The notes under the pieces were generated by a model. It searched no databases and had not been told where the DNA came from. It saw nothing but the letters and a program-made list of their open reading frames with translations. The translations under genes were made by a program, and so were the position numbers. From the NCBI GenBank assembly GCA_011109175.1, contig RDEW01000004.1, positions 458,030 to 522,029 on the forward strand: a stretch of 64,000 nt of DNA. Direction: 5' to 3'. Shown here piece by piece: positions 1-12,949 of the stretch (the first letter of the stretch is position 1; the number at the start of each line of letters is the position of its first letter). This DNA is from Dicyema japonicum. Taxonomy: Eukaryota > Animalia > Dicyemida.

Positions 1-119
1 TTGGTAAAAAATAATATTTAAAGATTTTTTAAATAATTTTTTTTCAAATTCCCAAATTGGCCAAAATTCGTATTATAAAGTCAAAACATAAATCGCCCTA
101 TTTATTAGTAATATTGACG

Positions 120-780
120 GCTGATATTAATTGGGTTTTATAAAGGATTCTTAGAATGGAACTTTGTCATTTCCATTGTGTGACTATGACAGGAAAACAA
201 CTTTACATCGTCCTTAAGTTGTAAATGGTTACCCATTTCCCGGACTTTTTGTCGTTGCTTTCGGAAATTTTTCCGTTCAGCATTCGACTAAGAAGGTCCA
301 TTAACAAAGCAAGGATCTGCGGTGGACGAGAGTCCCCATGTAGAATTCCTTTTTATTTTACTTCTCTCAACGTTTTGTTTCCAATTTTAGCCTATCTTTC
401 ATTCGTTGATACGCCAGCAGAGAAGACCAGAATTTTGTAAGTCATTCAAATTCTTAATCTCCTCACAAAGATATCCATGAACCGAAGTGAAGTTCTTGAT
501 ATAAACTCCATCACAACCAGATGCCTTCCAATTTGGAAGCATCTTGATATTCTCGGTGATTTCCTCCTGCGTAAAATCAGCAAAAGAGTTCTCTGATCCA
601 GTCACTCATTGTAATCAAGAAATTGCTCCTCTTTCGTTCAACCTTATTCCAAATGTTGCTCCATAACAGAAGACATTCCACCTCAATGAAATTAAGGACC
701 GCCTTCTCATCTCCTTTTATATTTTTATAAAATCGCCTTCTATTCAATTCGAAGCACCAGTTGACACTGATAAATCTCTA
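120..780 (-). mobile_element. Degenerate non-LTR retrotransposon RT (REL/R4-NeSL-like), internally deleted
   Basis: Minus-strand motifs in order: WSNIW, LPNWKASGCDGVY, GILHGDS..LLMDLLSRMLNGKFPK, NHL..DDVKLF; many frameshifts. Confidence 0.75.
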
Positions 781-829
781 AATCTCTTTCTCGATTCATA
801 AACTCGCAACTATCATGATTTGATTGAGA

Positions 830-2030
830 ACATATGAAGAAACTCAATACTTACCGATTATTTGGAAGTGTTCGAGACTGTTTCTGATAATCAATTGGGG
901 CAAAGATTATATGCCAAGATGCGAAGGAGCAAGCCTTCAGTCACTACGGAAACAAACTATTCGCTTTGTGGGTTGATGCAAAGATGGGGTACGACTCTGT
1001 GAATCATGACTTTCTCTGTCTGACCTCTCAATGTGAATCGGAAGGTCTGTAAAGAGCTCGAAAAGCCAATGGAAAGTTATTCTAAATTTCGACAGTGAAA
1101 GGGTTGGGATGTTTAAATTAAATCGCGGTATATCGCAAGGAGATTTGTGGTCTCCACGGATCCTTTGAGCGAAATTCTAAATAGTAAATTTCCAAAATTG
1201 TTTATGTAATTCGTCACGTGTACAACCAATCACTTTTTATTAATTATCTAAAAATATTTACTGAGGATATACAATGGTGAAGATGATGAATGAGATTGAT
1301 GAGTATTTCAGAGTGGTTGGGCTTAAGAAGAGTTTTAGAAGTCTTCCACTAATCTGGAATGAATGAAGGATGTAAAATCTCTGAATAGACATGAAGGCTA
1401 TCGCTACCTCGGAGTTTTAGAGGATCGTTCCATCAACGTCACGAAACATAATGTTTTGAGAACATTCGCGGAAAACGTGAAGAGGAGAATTGTGCATACT
1501 AAGCTCAATGCTGAAAATATATTTAAAGCAATCAACGAGCATGACTTGTCCCTCTATAATTACTACATTGGCTTAATGGACATTGAACCGAAGGAATGTG
1601 AGTATATTTATGTTGAAATACCATTTTAGCAGAGTATGATTTGGAAGAAAGTCCAGCATTGTCTCAGAAAATATGGATTCCTGCGGATCATTAAAACTAA
1701 GAAAACACATGTGACCACAATCAAAGGATTCCTTGCTTTCAAGTGCGATATGATCCTCACCCAAATAAGCCTTAACGCTATCAAGGAATATCAACAGAAA
1801 TCTCTGAGTGATAGTATCAGGAGAAAGTCGCTCCACTCTATACTTTATAATTGTTGCAAAAATGACAATATTGTTGAACTCGTTGAGTGGCTGGTCAGTG
1901 GAAACAATAGTCCGAGATCCGAGGGTTTGTATTGTCTTCTTAAGACAGGAATCTGTTTTTTCGGATAAAGATTCACTATGTCGCGTCCCATGCTGATTAC
2001 ATGTCACCTGTCAATCGATGTCAGATTTCA
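830..2030 (+). mobile_element. Degenerate non-LTR retrotransposon RT of the same family, back-to-back with the first copy
   Basis: DNQLG..AKEQA, WVDAK.GYDSVNHD, RGISQGD, YRYLGVLED, KSLHSILY..WLVSGNNSPRSEG..QDRNLF, then start of a Cys motif. Confidence 0.8.
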
Positions 2031-2199
2031 TGCTTAATGTGGCTTTAACCATTTTTACTCGTGTCGGACATATATAATATATTTTACCGTTATTCATAAA
2101 TATTCAGCACGTGCTCTATAAAATGTTTATATGATAATAGGTTTTGTCAACAATATTATTGAATATCAACCCATGGTTAGTTTGTACGGACATCTTCAA

Positions 2200-2960
2200 G
2201 ACTGACAAAATACAAATTAATGAAAACATCCGAGAAATTTATTGTCATTGATGGTTGATTGTACCTCAAAGACGAAAAAATTGAATTGTGAACTATTGTG
2301 GAGTCTATCCATAGAAATAGCCATTCGGGAATTCGTAAACTGCATCAATAATGTTTTCACTCAGCCACTCCATCATATCCGCTGGACTCAGTAATTAACT
2401 ACTCATGTTTTCACTCCTATTTTTCAATAAAATTATTGATAGAATTGTCAGAGTGCACAATTTGCAAGTTTTCTATTCCACTTAAAGTAGAAAATTAATT
2501 TATAGGTTTCCGATTCTAAATACCACGTGATTGCCAAAAGACCTAATGAACGATTCCAGACCTTAATGGCTGTAAATGGACATTGATGTTTACACTGCAA
2601 TTTGTAATGGAGTTAAAAATATATGCAATAGGTATGTTTTAATTTATTGGAATTTAGATATTTGTGAAGTATTCGGAGACATCTTCTCCATAACCAAGTG
2701 AAATTACTCAAATTTTGTCGAACAACCGAATAGAGGTTTATTTAATATTGTATTGTTACAACAGATTAAGGCACGTTCAGGATAATTAAAACTAGTCAAG
2801 TCAAAAAAAATAAATTCTTTGATTAGAAACCATTTAATGCAGATTGAATGACAAGGAACCAGTACGGGATGGGTAGCCCGCATTACCAATTGTTAAGCGA
2901 TAAAACTAGGATAAAATATATTCATTAAAGAAGGCATAGAGCCATGTGGATAAGTTTAAA
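2200..2960 (+). mobile_element. Decayed Ginger/gypsy-type (KRBA2-like) integrase relic
   Basis: IHRNSHSGIRK and ECTICK (HHCC zinc finger); HVIAKRPNERFQ..NGCKWTL core start; a 19-nt GT-AG intron restores the frame. Confidence 0.6.
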
Positions 2961-3165
2961 AATAGATTAGCATTCATGAAATTATTTGTCATTTAGTGGA
3001 TTCGAAGAAAGACATGAAACAAGCAGTATATAAAACGACAAATCCGCTATCAAAACAGGACCTGTGAATCTCTAAGCTGAATATGTCGAAAACCCCCACA
3101 GGACCTTTCAACCGTGAAGAGTTAGCTATGTTGGTATAAGAGAAAAATAATTTAAGACAGTCAAA

Positions 3166-4171
3166 TCAGTCCAAACAGGGCATAGTTACAGTCATAATCT
3201 AAAGTAATCAAACACACAAACTCTACTGTCAACATCAAATTGTCCTCCAGTGGTTGCATCATCCACTTGAAATGGAAGTACCAAACTCAATGAATACATT
3301 TGTGATCTTGTAGTCATCACTAAACCTGTACCCCCAACTATAGTATTTATCGAGTCACCGCTTATCTACCGGTCAATCAACCACCTTACTATTTCTGGTA
3401 GATATGCCTGTACAATCAAAAATTTTGCCTTGGAGCCAACAGGGGGATCCCTTATCAACACAAATTCAGGAGTCCTCGGCTTCCCACGTGGGTATGGAGC
3501 TTTCTTAGGAGGACTACATTCAGGAGCCACAAAATCCCCTTCTTCGATCAAGATAGTCTTCGAACGAGTGCGCACGTGCTGGGGAACCAGGTTACCAAAG
3601 GCCTTTTTGTTCTTCAAGATAATATAATCTACGATCACCCACGTGACCTACCTCGACATAGCTGCCTAGAATATTTGGATTCGATCGATTCGAGCACCAC
3701 CCCAATCAGGAACGCCTTGAACACTTGACTTCCCAACACTTTCTTTAAAAACCGCGGACAGATGATAATGTCGCACACGGAGCATCCCTCAGCGTCTTTG
3801 GTGGGTAATTAATGAAACTTTTATCCATATCTGCCCTGATTTCTCCCACACTCATGGGAATTTTGAAGGATGGGCTCTCTTCTTGGATAATTTCGATGAG
3901 CTGTTCTTCGGAGATCTCTCTGGGGGAAGGAACGGAGTCTGAGTAGCATATGTTTATGAAGAATTTGGTGCCCTGAGGTGTTTCCTTGGTTTTTACACAA
4001 AATCCTTAAATTATATCGTCGATAACCTGCAAAAGGCTTGACTGTATTGAAGGTTACTTCGTTTTCTTCTGGAGTTTTAGTCTGTTTGTTTTAGCCATTA
4101 ATGAACTTTATTTCGGAGGAGAAAGGAAGATCTGTATTTGACCCCAGATCGAGAAGAGAACGGTCTGTCAT
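3166..4171 (-). CDS. PIH1D1: PIH1 domain-containing protein 1 (R2TP co-chaperone), spliced
   Basis: After removing 22-24 nt introns: KPFAGFCVKT..KFFINICYSDSVPSP..FKIPMSVGE..YIILKNKKAFGNL..C-terminal CS-like domain ending IMTVTMPCLD*; 5' exon phase not fully resolved. Confidence 0.85.
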
Positions 4172-4269
4172 TTTGGATATTTTATTTAATTTAAATTATT
4201 ATTTAAACATTTAAACAATTTATACTAAAAATATTAATCAATTGTTTCTTATGGTCTCAGTGAATATAG

Positions 4270-4730
4270 GCTTTCGATTAGTCGCCCATCGTTAGAGCTT
4301 CTATACAAACAATTCGTTCTACCTAGTATCGAGTACGCCTGTGATGCATGGATTGCCCCCTTATCAACATCGGCACTGAGCAAGCTGGAGGTTCTACAAA
4401 ATTGATGCCTCAGGATTCTATTGAGATCGTCGCAAAAGACGTCCATTTCGTTACTACGGAGAACACTAAACGTCCCACAATCATACCTTACGGAACGTCA
4501 CCGGGACTTCCTCAAAAGGTAAAGTTCCCTGACCATCCCCTCGGGCCGGTCATCAAACTATATATGGACGCCTGCCCAAGATATGAGAAGAAACCTTTCC
4601 CGTTGTGAAGATTAATCCAGGACTCCAAAACTAACCGCAGGAAAAGGACTTGCATTGACACCGGGATCACTTAATTAGACGATAACTTTTATCTTTCTCG
4701 TGATTTCGGGGTTTATAAAATAATTAAATT
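4270..4730 (+). mobile_element. 3' end of a jockey/I-like LINE (GIT* family)
   Basis: LLYKQFVLPSIEYACDAW..LSKLEVLQN; C-terminus ..TGIT*; short 3' UTR with A-rich tail. Confidence 0.7.
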
Positions 4731-5169
4731 TTGATTAAGTGTCCCGGAAGATCCTTATTGCAAAATTTTTATGACGTCGATCAATTGTAAATTCAAGTTA
4801 TGGTTGGCTAACTTCATCACCGGTCGCATAAGCCAAGCGGTGGGAAACCAAAATCAAAAATGGAGTGCCAAATGATCACCGTTGTCAACGTTATTTAATG
4901 TGTCGCGAGCACAGACCTTTGACAGCTGTCATCTGCTGTCATAATTGAGGTGTTAGTTCGTTTCGGAGATATCGAGGGATTCCGAGCTACAACACCATTG
5001 TGAAAAATACTGTAACGGAGACAGATGGTGAAGACAACCTGGAAAGTGTGGATAATATTGCTGAATTAACAGAGGCAGACGGTAAAGACAGCCCCGAAAC
5101 GTAAAGTTTTTTGTCTATAATTTTACAAAAGGTGAGTAAACACTGATTACAAATTTGATTTTCCTCGAG

Positions 5170-5670
5170 TAGACGAAAACCCGTACTTTTATATAACGCT
5201 GGAACTTGGGCGACCTCATCAGCGGATATGGAAAAACTAGACTCGTTCCACAGAGGTCAGCTGAGAAAAATAACAGGAACTACTTGGCCTACGAGAATAT
5301 CGAGGAATGCTTTATATAAGAGATGCAGCACTAGACCTATCAGCTTAGAAGTACTGGAATCCCGATGGAGGCTCTTCGGACACGTGCTGAGGATGGAATT
5401 AACATCCCCACCGAACATATCTATGGAAACATACTATGTTAGTCAAGAAGGCCGCTATCGTGGAAGACCAAGAACAACACTGCCAATAGTCTTACAAAAA
5501 GACCTGGTCAAGATCAAAAAAAATCTAATAAATGCCGACTACCTGGACAGCATGAGAGCCTTGGCTATGAACAGGGGAGCATGGAAAAGGATGACATCTA
5601 ACCTTGTTTCTTTTGCTGCACATGCGGGGCTATAATTAATATGGCTCTCGTGAAGTGCTTAAATAAATAA
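5170..5670 (+). mobile_element. RTE-clade LINE 3' end with 3' UTR
   Basis: LYNAGTW..EKLDSFHR.QLRKI..RWRLFGHVLR..RGRPRTTLP; ends AHAGL* then a UTR shared with the 49.6-50.0 kb copy. Confidence 0.85.
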
Positions 5671-6169
5671 TAGACGAATTCTCCTTATTATAAAAGGATG
5701 AATAAAATGATGGGAGTGCATCGATCGAAATTGAGGGAATTGTGAAGAAGGTGCATTCTAAGAGCCTTAAACAGATAATTATCAATAATTAGTTAATGTT
5801 TGCTTTGAAATAGTTGATATGGTCTTTTTGAAGAACCGCCTAATTGCATCACTAGGAAAGTCACGTGTAACGACGTGTACCTCATTACGTAAAGAGATAC
5901 AGACAACACCAGTAGTAAAATTATATGATTTTTCAATCCTGGGAGTAAAGCGGAATCTTCTCATTTCAATCACAAATCATGTAGACTTGGTAACTTCGAG
6001 GATTTAAAAGAAAATTTTAATTCTTAAGGCTTTTACACATCCCCCAGTATTTTCCCTCCCATCATCAATATAAACAATTTGTTCCACCGAGTATCGAGTA
6101 CGCCTGGCATATCGCTACTGCGGAGAACACTCAAGTTAATATGCAATTAGTTTCCTTTTTTGAATTCAT

Positions 6170-8740
6170 AAAATGTACCCTTACTTTATTCACATCCGAC
6201 CGTCACCAGGATCACCGAGAAAACAAGACAGAAAAAACGTCAGACAGTTAGGTAATCTCAGTTCATCAAACGAGCCATCCAACGTCTGTGGTCTCCCATT
6301 ATTCCCACTACCTTACGAAAGAGCCTTCTCTTATTTTTGCAGAGGAATCCGAATGTGAGGGGAACTTAATAACCAATCGACTTTCTTTTACTTTGGAAAA
6401 TGACAGACTAATTGTGTTTCCATCTTCTTTACAGACCACCAGGAATCCGGATCCGCGACTACGGGTCGTAGCTTTCGTGAGTAGGGGATTAATCATTGAT
6501 CCAGAATGAGGGCTCATCATATGAATAGTCTTCCAGTATATTGAATTGAGTCTGTGGAGCGTCTCTGATAACACGAATCTCCACGCAACAGAGGCGATAG
6601 TTTGCCGGTAGTGTGTTGCGACAGAAGCATCCAAATTCAAAGGAGTCCACCAGTCTACGTTCAACTTCTGCAGGCCTTTAGTGAAGACTTTCTTCGCATG
6701 GGAGTTGAAATTCAACAACCTGTCGAACATTAATCCAAGAATTGAGGGAGACTTTGTTACTGGTATCTATGGGAGACCAATGAAAATTCTTGGATCTTCT
6801 TTTGAACTACAGTCAAATGTGAAATTGTAAATATTGATTTTTTGACAGAAATCGTTAGTCGGTTGACAGTCAACCAATCGTAGACGGTGTTCACTCTCGC
6901 GTAGTTCGCATGTGTGGTGGAGTGGCATTAAATCCATCGGCTATGAATTGGGATAGTGTGGCTAAATGAGTGGTGGACCTTCCAGCCGAAAACCTTATTG
7001 GAAAGCCGCTTGAGAGATGTCCGGAGTAATTGCGGATAGTACCAGTTTTTAAAGAGGTTTTGATAATGCGCTGGTTAGGGAGATCAGCCTGTATGAAGCA
7101 GATTCTCCTTCCGGTTTTTCAGCCTTCAAGATTTGTTTGATAACAGAGTTCTTTCAAATCTTGGCAATAATAGTGTAGTTAATAGACAGGTTAAATGCCA
7201 ATTGTCAGGGCCACAGCCCCGTGAGTTCTTTAATCCGACGATAACCTCTGAGACCTGTTTGTATGAGAAAGTTCTTGGTAAGGTTCATTCTTCGGTTTAT
7301 GGGCACGTACTTTGATATCCAGGTGTTTAGAGAATTTCTTGGAGCTGATGGCAGCGTAATGTTCCATAAGTAGGTTAGGGTGTATATGACGAATGTGTTC
7401 TGGAGAAGGATTGCCGGTTCCACTTGCATCTTCCAACTCTGATCTAATTTGTTTTAGAACTGATTAGATGAACTTTTCCAGTTGAGACGATTGACTAGGT
7501 GACGCTATCTTTGATCCTGGCGGTCTTTTATACTCTGGTTGATACTTTTATTTAGTTGTCTGATGGACTTCAAAGATTTCAAGTCCTTTGGATAGCATCT
7601 TTTCATAAGGGTTCTTCGTTTTATGAGTGTAAGTGTCCGGGAATTGAGGGTATAAAATTCGTGTATGATGAGAGAGGAATAAATATGTTGCCGGTTTTTG
7701 AATGGGCACACTGATGATTTTTGCGGCTTCATCTATCGAACGTATATGGGATGATAGTCCTTTGACCAATTCCAGGCCAACAAAGTCAGCGAAGCCAGAC
7801 CAGTCAAAGTTCTTGATACTTTTCGCTTCTGTCTGCAATGTCCGGCGTCTCCTAAGTCCAGTTAACATAAGAAGGATGGGATTATGGTCCCTGGAAAAAC
7901 CATAATTCACATCTGCTAAAGAGGGTGAACATTAGGTTAATCGGGAAAAATGCAGCTATCAGTGCTTAATTTAGGGTCATTCGAGATAATCATATCAATA
8001 AGACCATTTGCGATGAACTCGCTTCGGCTGTCAGGAAACTGTGAACCATGCCAAACTGGGTGTCGGGGATTTAGGTCACCGCATATTAGAACGTTCTTTA
8101 GTGCTGAGAAGTAGGGTAGGTTTGGGGTGTAGGATTTGGGCAGGATCCTTTTGGCGGAATGTATAGGTTTATCAAATTAATACAAAAAGACGGGAACAGC
8201 TACATTTTGATAGTAATCTGCTCCATGGTATCATCTCCCTGAAAGTTCTGAGGTCCGTTGACTCACGTCAATGAAGGGTCAATACCGTTCTTATAATTGT
8301 GAGTAGCCCTCCACCTGGTCTTCCCTGACGGTCCTTACGGATCACTGTTTATTCGGGAAAGCATGGTGTTGGCGTGGAGGATGAGAGCTTTGATTCCTAG
8401 ATGAGAGCAAAGTCAACTCGATTTCCGGAGTGGAGAGCTCGAAATTCCATAATCTTCCATCTAATTCCATTTGTGTTTAGTTCTAGAATTATTAAGTCTC
8501 CACGTGGACCAGGGTTTGTTTCAATTTCGCCACAATGGAGGATCGATAGTTCAGAACAATGATGACACCAGATAAAGTCGGAGGCACATGGGTTACGGGG
8601 ACCCCCAAATGGTGGGGAGAAGTTGATGGCTCTTTCCGTTCCTTTCCGGAATGAGTGACAACTTTTCGGGTGAGCTACAAGATACCACGTTGAGCACATC
8701 ACCAGGCTTTTCTTCCCAATTTTTCTTACTTAATAGCTGC
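6170..8740 (-). mobile_element. Internally deleted APE-type LINE with a 2A-like motif
   Basis: GEIETNPGP followed by APE (ELNTNGI..QESKL..IRKDRQGRPGGGL), RT domain 0 (GPD; SYRLISLTSALSK; GFR..RST), RT C-terminus (ILGLMFDRLLNF); RT core missing. Confidence 0.8.
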
Positions 8741-9479
8741 TTAGTAGGTGGGGAAATTGATGTATTAAGGAAATATATATGATCACATTGCTATATACGA
8801 ATATGTGGATATTTGGTCACCGATTTTTGTCATTAGTCATATATGATTGTCTCTTATTGAGAGAATTATGATAAATTTCCTACAGAGGAATTCTATTGGA
8901 GGTACCCTTGTTAATGGTAGATCGGAATTCCTATGCATGACCCACATTTTCTCTGAATGGATTTCCTAGCTCCTTGCAGAGACGTAGGAAACCCTGTCCA
9001 TTTCTCAGCGTCTCCTCCTCAGAAAGGAGACTGGTGATGGATGAGCTTGCACGAGTTGTTTGGTCTTACGCCTGAGAGAGTTTATACACTCAATCCTATA
9101 AGAGGAAAAGGCAAGGGGAACGAGCATATTCGGCCTAATATACTTAATATAATGATTAAGGTTATTGATTAATAAATTAAAAAATATTTTATATTATTTG
9201 CCACCGTCCATAGCCTGGATTCTCCGTTGGCTGGACACTTGCCAAATTCCATTATTTTTTTCTAAATCCTATAATTCAGCCGCTTTTATTGATATATTTC
9301 CTGTTTTAAAGAAAATCTCTAATAGCCCGGACTTCAGCCGGAATTTTTTTTAATTCGTTTGATACATTTCTTTATGCTGCTTTCAACCGTAGTGCTTGAT
9401 TCAGTTTGCCATAAACCAAAAATGTTATCATTATGCACATTAGCAACAACAAGAAAGTTAATCCATTGACGTCCCTTGT

Positions 9480-9740
9480 GTCGCACCTTGGATAATCTTT
9501 GCATTCAGACTCCTCCACGCTCCTCTTGAGAATGCGATTTTTCGGAAGTAGTCTAAGTCATTAGCATTTTCCAGTCGCATTTTGACATTTTTAGGTCAAA
9601 ACCAAAAATAATCTCAGATTAAACAAAAAATTAATGCTTATCAGTTAAAATTGGTCATATTTTTTAATTCCACTTCTATGCAGTATTTTTTAGTGTCCAG
9701 GCTATGGAGGGTGACATTATTAGTTATATTGGAAGATGCC
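9480..9740 (-). mobile_element. RTE 3' end relic
   Basis: DLKNVKMRLENANDLDYFRKIAFSRGAWRSL matches the other RTE C-termini. Confidence 0.6.
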
Positions 9741-9755
9741 AAATAACTCAGAACT

Positions 9756-11759
9756 TTATTTAAATAAATTGATGATTTGATGTTCGTAGTAGGTCGTTAG
9801 TGCCACGATGATCAGACCAATGACGATCCCAAGGGATTCCATAAAGAATACAATGTACCTATTACATTGTTTTAATGGTATTGAGGACATGTAGTTGATC
9901 TAATCATGAGGTTAGTGTTCTACCAGATTAGCCGGGACTATATAGATGAAAATAGCAGCAGAAATGGCGAATAGGTACGATTCAAAGACTTTACTGATTC
10001 CAGTAAGTTTGACACTAATCCCGAATCCGATGAAGGAACTCAGTGAGGAGACCAAATTAATGATTACAACCTTCTTAACAGAGAGTCCTGTTGTGAGAAG
10101 AATAGTAAAGTCACCTATTGTCAAATCAATGTCTTACTAAGTTCGTGAGGCAACTCATGCATGAACACTCCCAAAGTGAGTGAGAGTCCTGTCACCGAAG
10201 ACTTAGAAAAGGCAGCTCCAAGGGCGATTCCATCACAGAAATTGTGAAACATGTCCCCAAAGAAGATCATCAAAGCAGTATCACTGAATCCTATTTGAAA
10301 ATATTATTGAATCCTAACCAAATAAAACATTCTCTGAAGTATGATGATGGATCTTGACTTTAATATTAAAGAAAACGTGGTTTGGGGTGTCGGCCTTGTC
10401 GGAAAATATTGTACTCCCTAATTTCCACAAAATGAGTCCGAGCATGACTGAATCAAATCAAATCCTACCACATGTCAAAACTAGAAGAGGGAAAAAGTAG
10501 CCATGCTCTCTCCGTGTTCATGATCTTTGTCAATAAAATGCTCCATTATAAGTTCCTTTATGTGGTCCTCGTGGTGATTTTCACTGTGATCATGTCCGAG
10601 AATTGCCTGAAATTGTAAAATATAGTTACCGCCGGAATAAGGTGGAGGAAGGAGGTCGAAATGAGCGTGGAGATTCCCACAGAAAGGAAAGATAATATTA
10701 TTTGGTTGTAATTGTTTGTGCTCATCTTAACAAAGATGAGACCGGCAATCGAGGTTAGGCTTATTAAAATGATACAGGCTATTCCAATTCCAATTTCTAA
10801 CAAATTTGGATTACAAAGACTTCTATGGGAACTCTCTGAGTGGTGTTGCTCACACAGACTGGAAGTCCTCTGTTGTATTAGGTGTTTCATCTGTTTGGAC
10901 AACTGGTCTGGATTTAAGTAATATTTGTATGAGCAGATGGTAACGAGGTCTCTGATTGAGTGAGAGTGGTGGACGAAACTTCCTTTCCCATTGGTTTTTT
11001 CGTGGTGATGATGACCATACTGTTCCAAACTCCCGAAAACATCTATGAGATCTGTCATTAAGTTTGTCCCCAACATACCCAATAAATCAAAGTTTGAATA
11101 ATTTGTCGATTCTTTCGTACAATTAATTTTTCTAGCTTTCTTGTGTCTCTCACAATTTTGATCGTAGTGGTGTCCTTGACTAAAAAAACCCATAACCTTT
11201 CAGGAGCCTCTCCACGAGTCCAGAGATCAAATTATCCATGTCCCTATTTGAGTGGAGCGTGTCATCCCAGATTACTTTACCGCTAAAACACTAAATTTTA
11301 GCTATAGGGGCTACCATGTCAGAAGACTGGTAAGGATTGTCGGGGGGATCGCGAGGACTGTAGCCTTTGTTGACCACCATAGAGACAAATTTCTCAAATT
11401 TCAATTTTTCATATTTTTTGACTTGTTTTTCAAGCTGATACTCTAATAATAATCCTTACATTATCAATCGTGACAGAGGAACAGGATAAGTTTTGTGACA
11501 TGAGGATCAGTCCAATGAACAGATAGGACAGTTTAGTAAAGTCATTTGAGCTATGCAATGTCGGAATTAGCTCTAATAATTTTTCCTGACACTGTAAATA
11601 ATAAATTTGAGATTTTACATGTATGCCACTGAAAACCTGTAATAATTTCGTTTTAAGTCTCTGTGTTGATATTCCCCCATTCAGTCCAAAATTGCAAAGA
11701 TGAAATCCTGTCTTAACTAAAGTCGAGCAGAAGAACAGGGAAATCAAAAACACAGTCAT
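9756..11759 (-). CDS. LIV-1 subfamily ZIP (SLC39A) zinc transporter, spliced
   Basis: Signal peptide, His-rich ectodomain, TM1-3 ([14 protein letters not shown]), [20 protein letters not shown] motif, final TM ending [10 protein letters not shown] at 9756. Confidence 0.92.
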
Positions 11760-11949
11760 AAAACTGTCAAATTTCTATAAAATTAAATTTTTACATTTTA
11801 AAACAGATATTAACGATAATGCTTGCCCCACTAAAATTGTGATTTCCTGGAAATATTAAATTCCAATTTCATTAATGCTGGACAGGTTTCTGCTTAATTA
11901 TATTAGTTGGTATTCCCATGTTTTGGGAAGGGTGATTTCTGATAGGGCT

Positions 11950-12330
11950 ATATTAGCGCATGTGCAGCAAAAAATATAAGAGAATTAGTTAGCTTGCTCC
12001 AAACTCTTCTGTTCTTAACTAGGTCCCTCAGTGAGTCCAGATCGTCACCAGATGCCAATGTTTTCTTTACGGCTTTCAGATCGTTTTGTAGAACGACTGG
12101 GAGGGAAGTTCTCGGTCCACGAAAGCGTATTACATTGGAAGAGGAGTATTAATCTTCCATTGCGATATTCGAGGGATATCGGGTCCAACTTCAGGACGTG
12201 TCCAAAAAGTCTCCAACGATAGCTAATGATCTCGTGACTTAATGGTGTACAGTCTTATTGTACAGTCCATAGGGGTTGGGCTAAAAGTGAATTGGTATTC
12301 CATGATAACTGAAAACACATTTTGTTTACA
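11950..12330 (-). mobile_element. RTE 3' end
   Basis: RWRLFGHVLK..FRGPRTSLP..GDDLDSLR..; tail ttttgctgcacatgcg as at 5611. Confidence 0.7.
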
Positions 12331-12949
12331 TATTCTAGCACAGCATTTAGACAAAATTACGTACAAAATTGAACTTTGAGGTTAATCGGTCTGCTCTCCT
12401 TACTATGCTGTTAATTGGTCGGAAAGTTAAAGTGATGGTGTACCTCTATTGCACTGAACGTCTACTTAGCTTCAGAATAAATGAAAGACCATGTATTTTT
12501 TCTCGACGAGGTGACGGACTCTATAGGTTTTTTCGATGGAAGGAATTGCACAAAGTATCCACATCAGAAGCTCTAGGTGGTAGTTAATATTATTTAGTGT
12601 TCTAATAATAAATCGTTTTCTTAGAATTTTTAAATTCTTGGTTATTACGTTTTATTAAAAATACTGTCATGAGTTTAGACTATTTTGCAGTTTTACCTCT
12701 TCTAGCTTTAAAGCTTCGCTGAACGTACGTGTCTCGGAACCGAATACTCAGGAGAATACGCTCCTTACTGACTTGGTCAGCGTTTCCTCTTTTTTTCTAG
12801 TGCTTCTTCACCTTTTTTACGAAGTGCCAGCTTGATCGTCATCCTCCTAGTCTTATCAAGAAGGTTGATTATAATCTCCCTCTGGCGAAAAATACACCCT
12901 TCACATCTATAGATGAGAGAGGGGAGTATAATTGGTAATGTAAATACAT

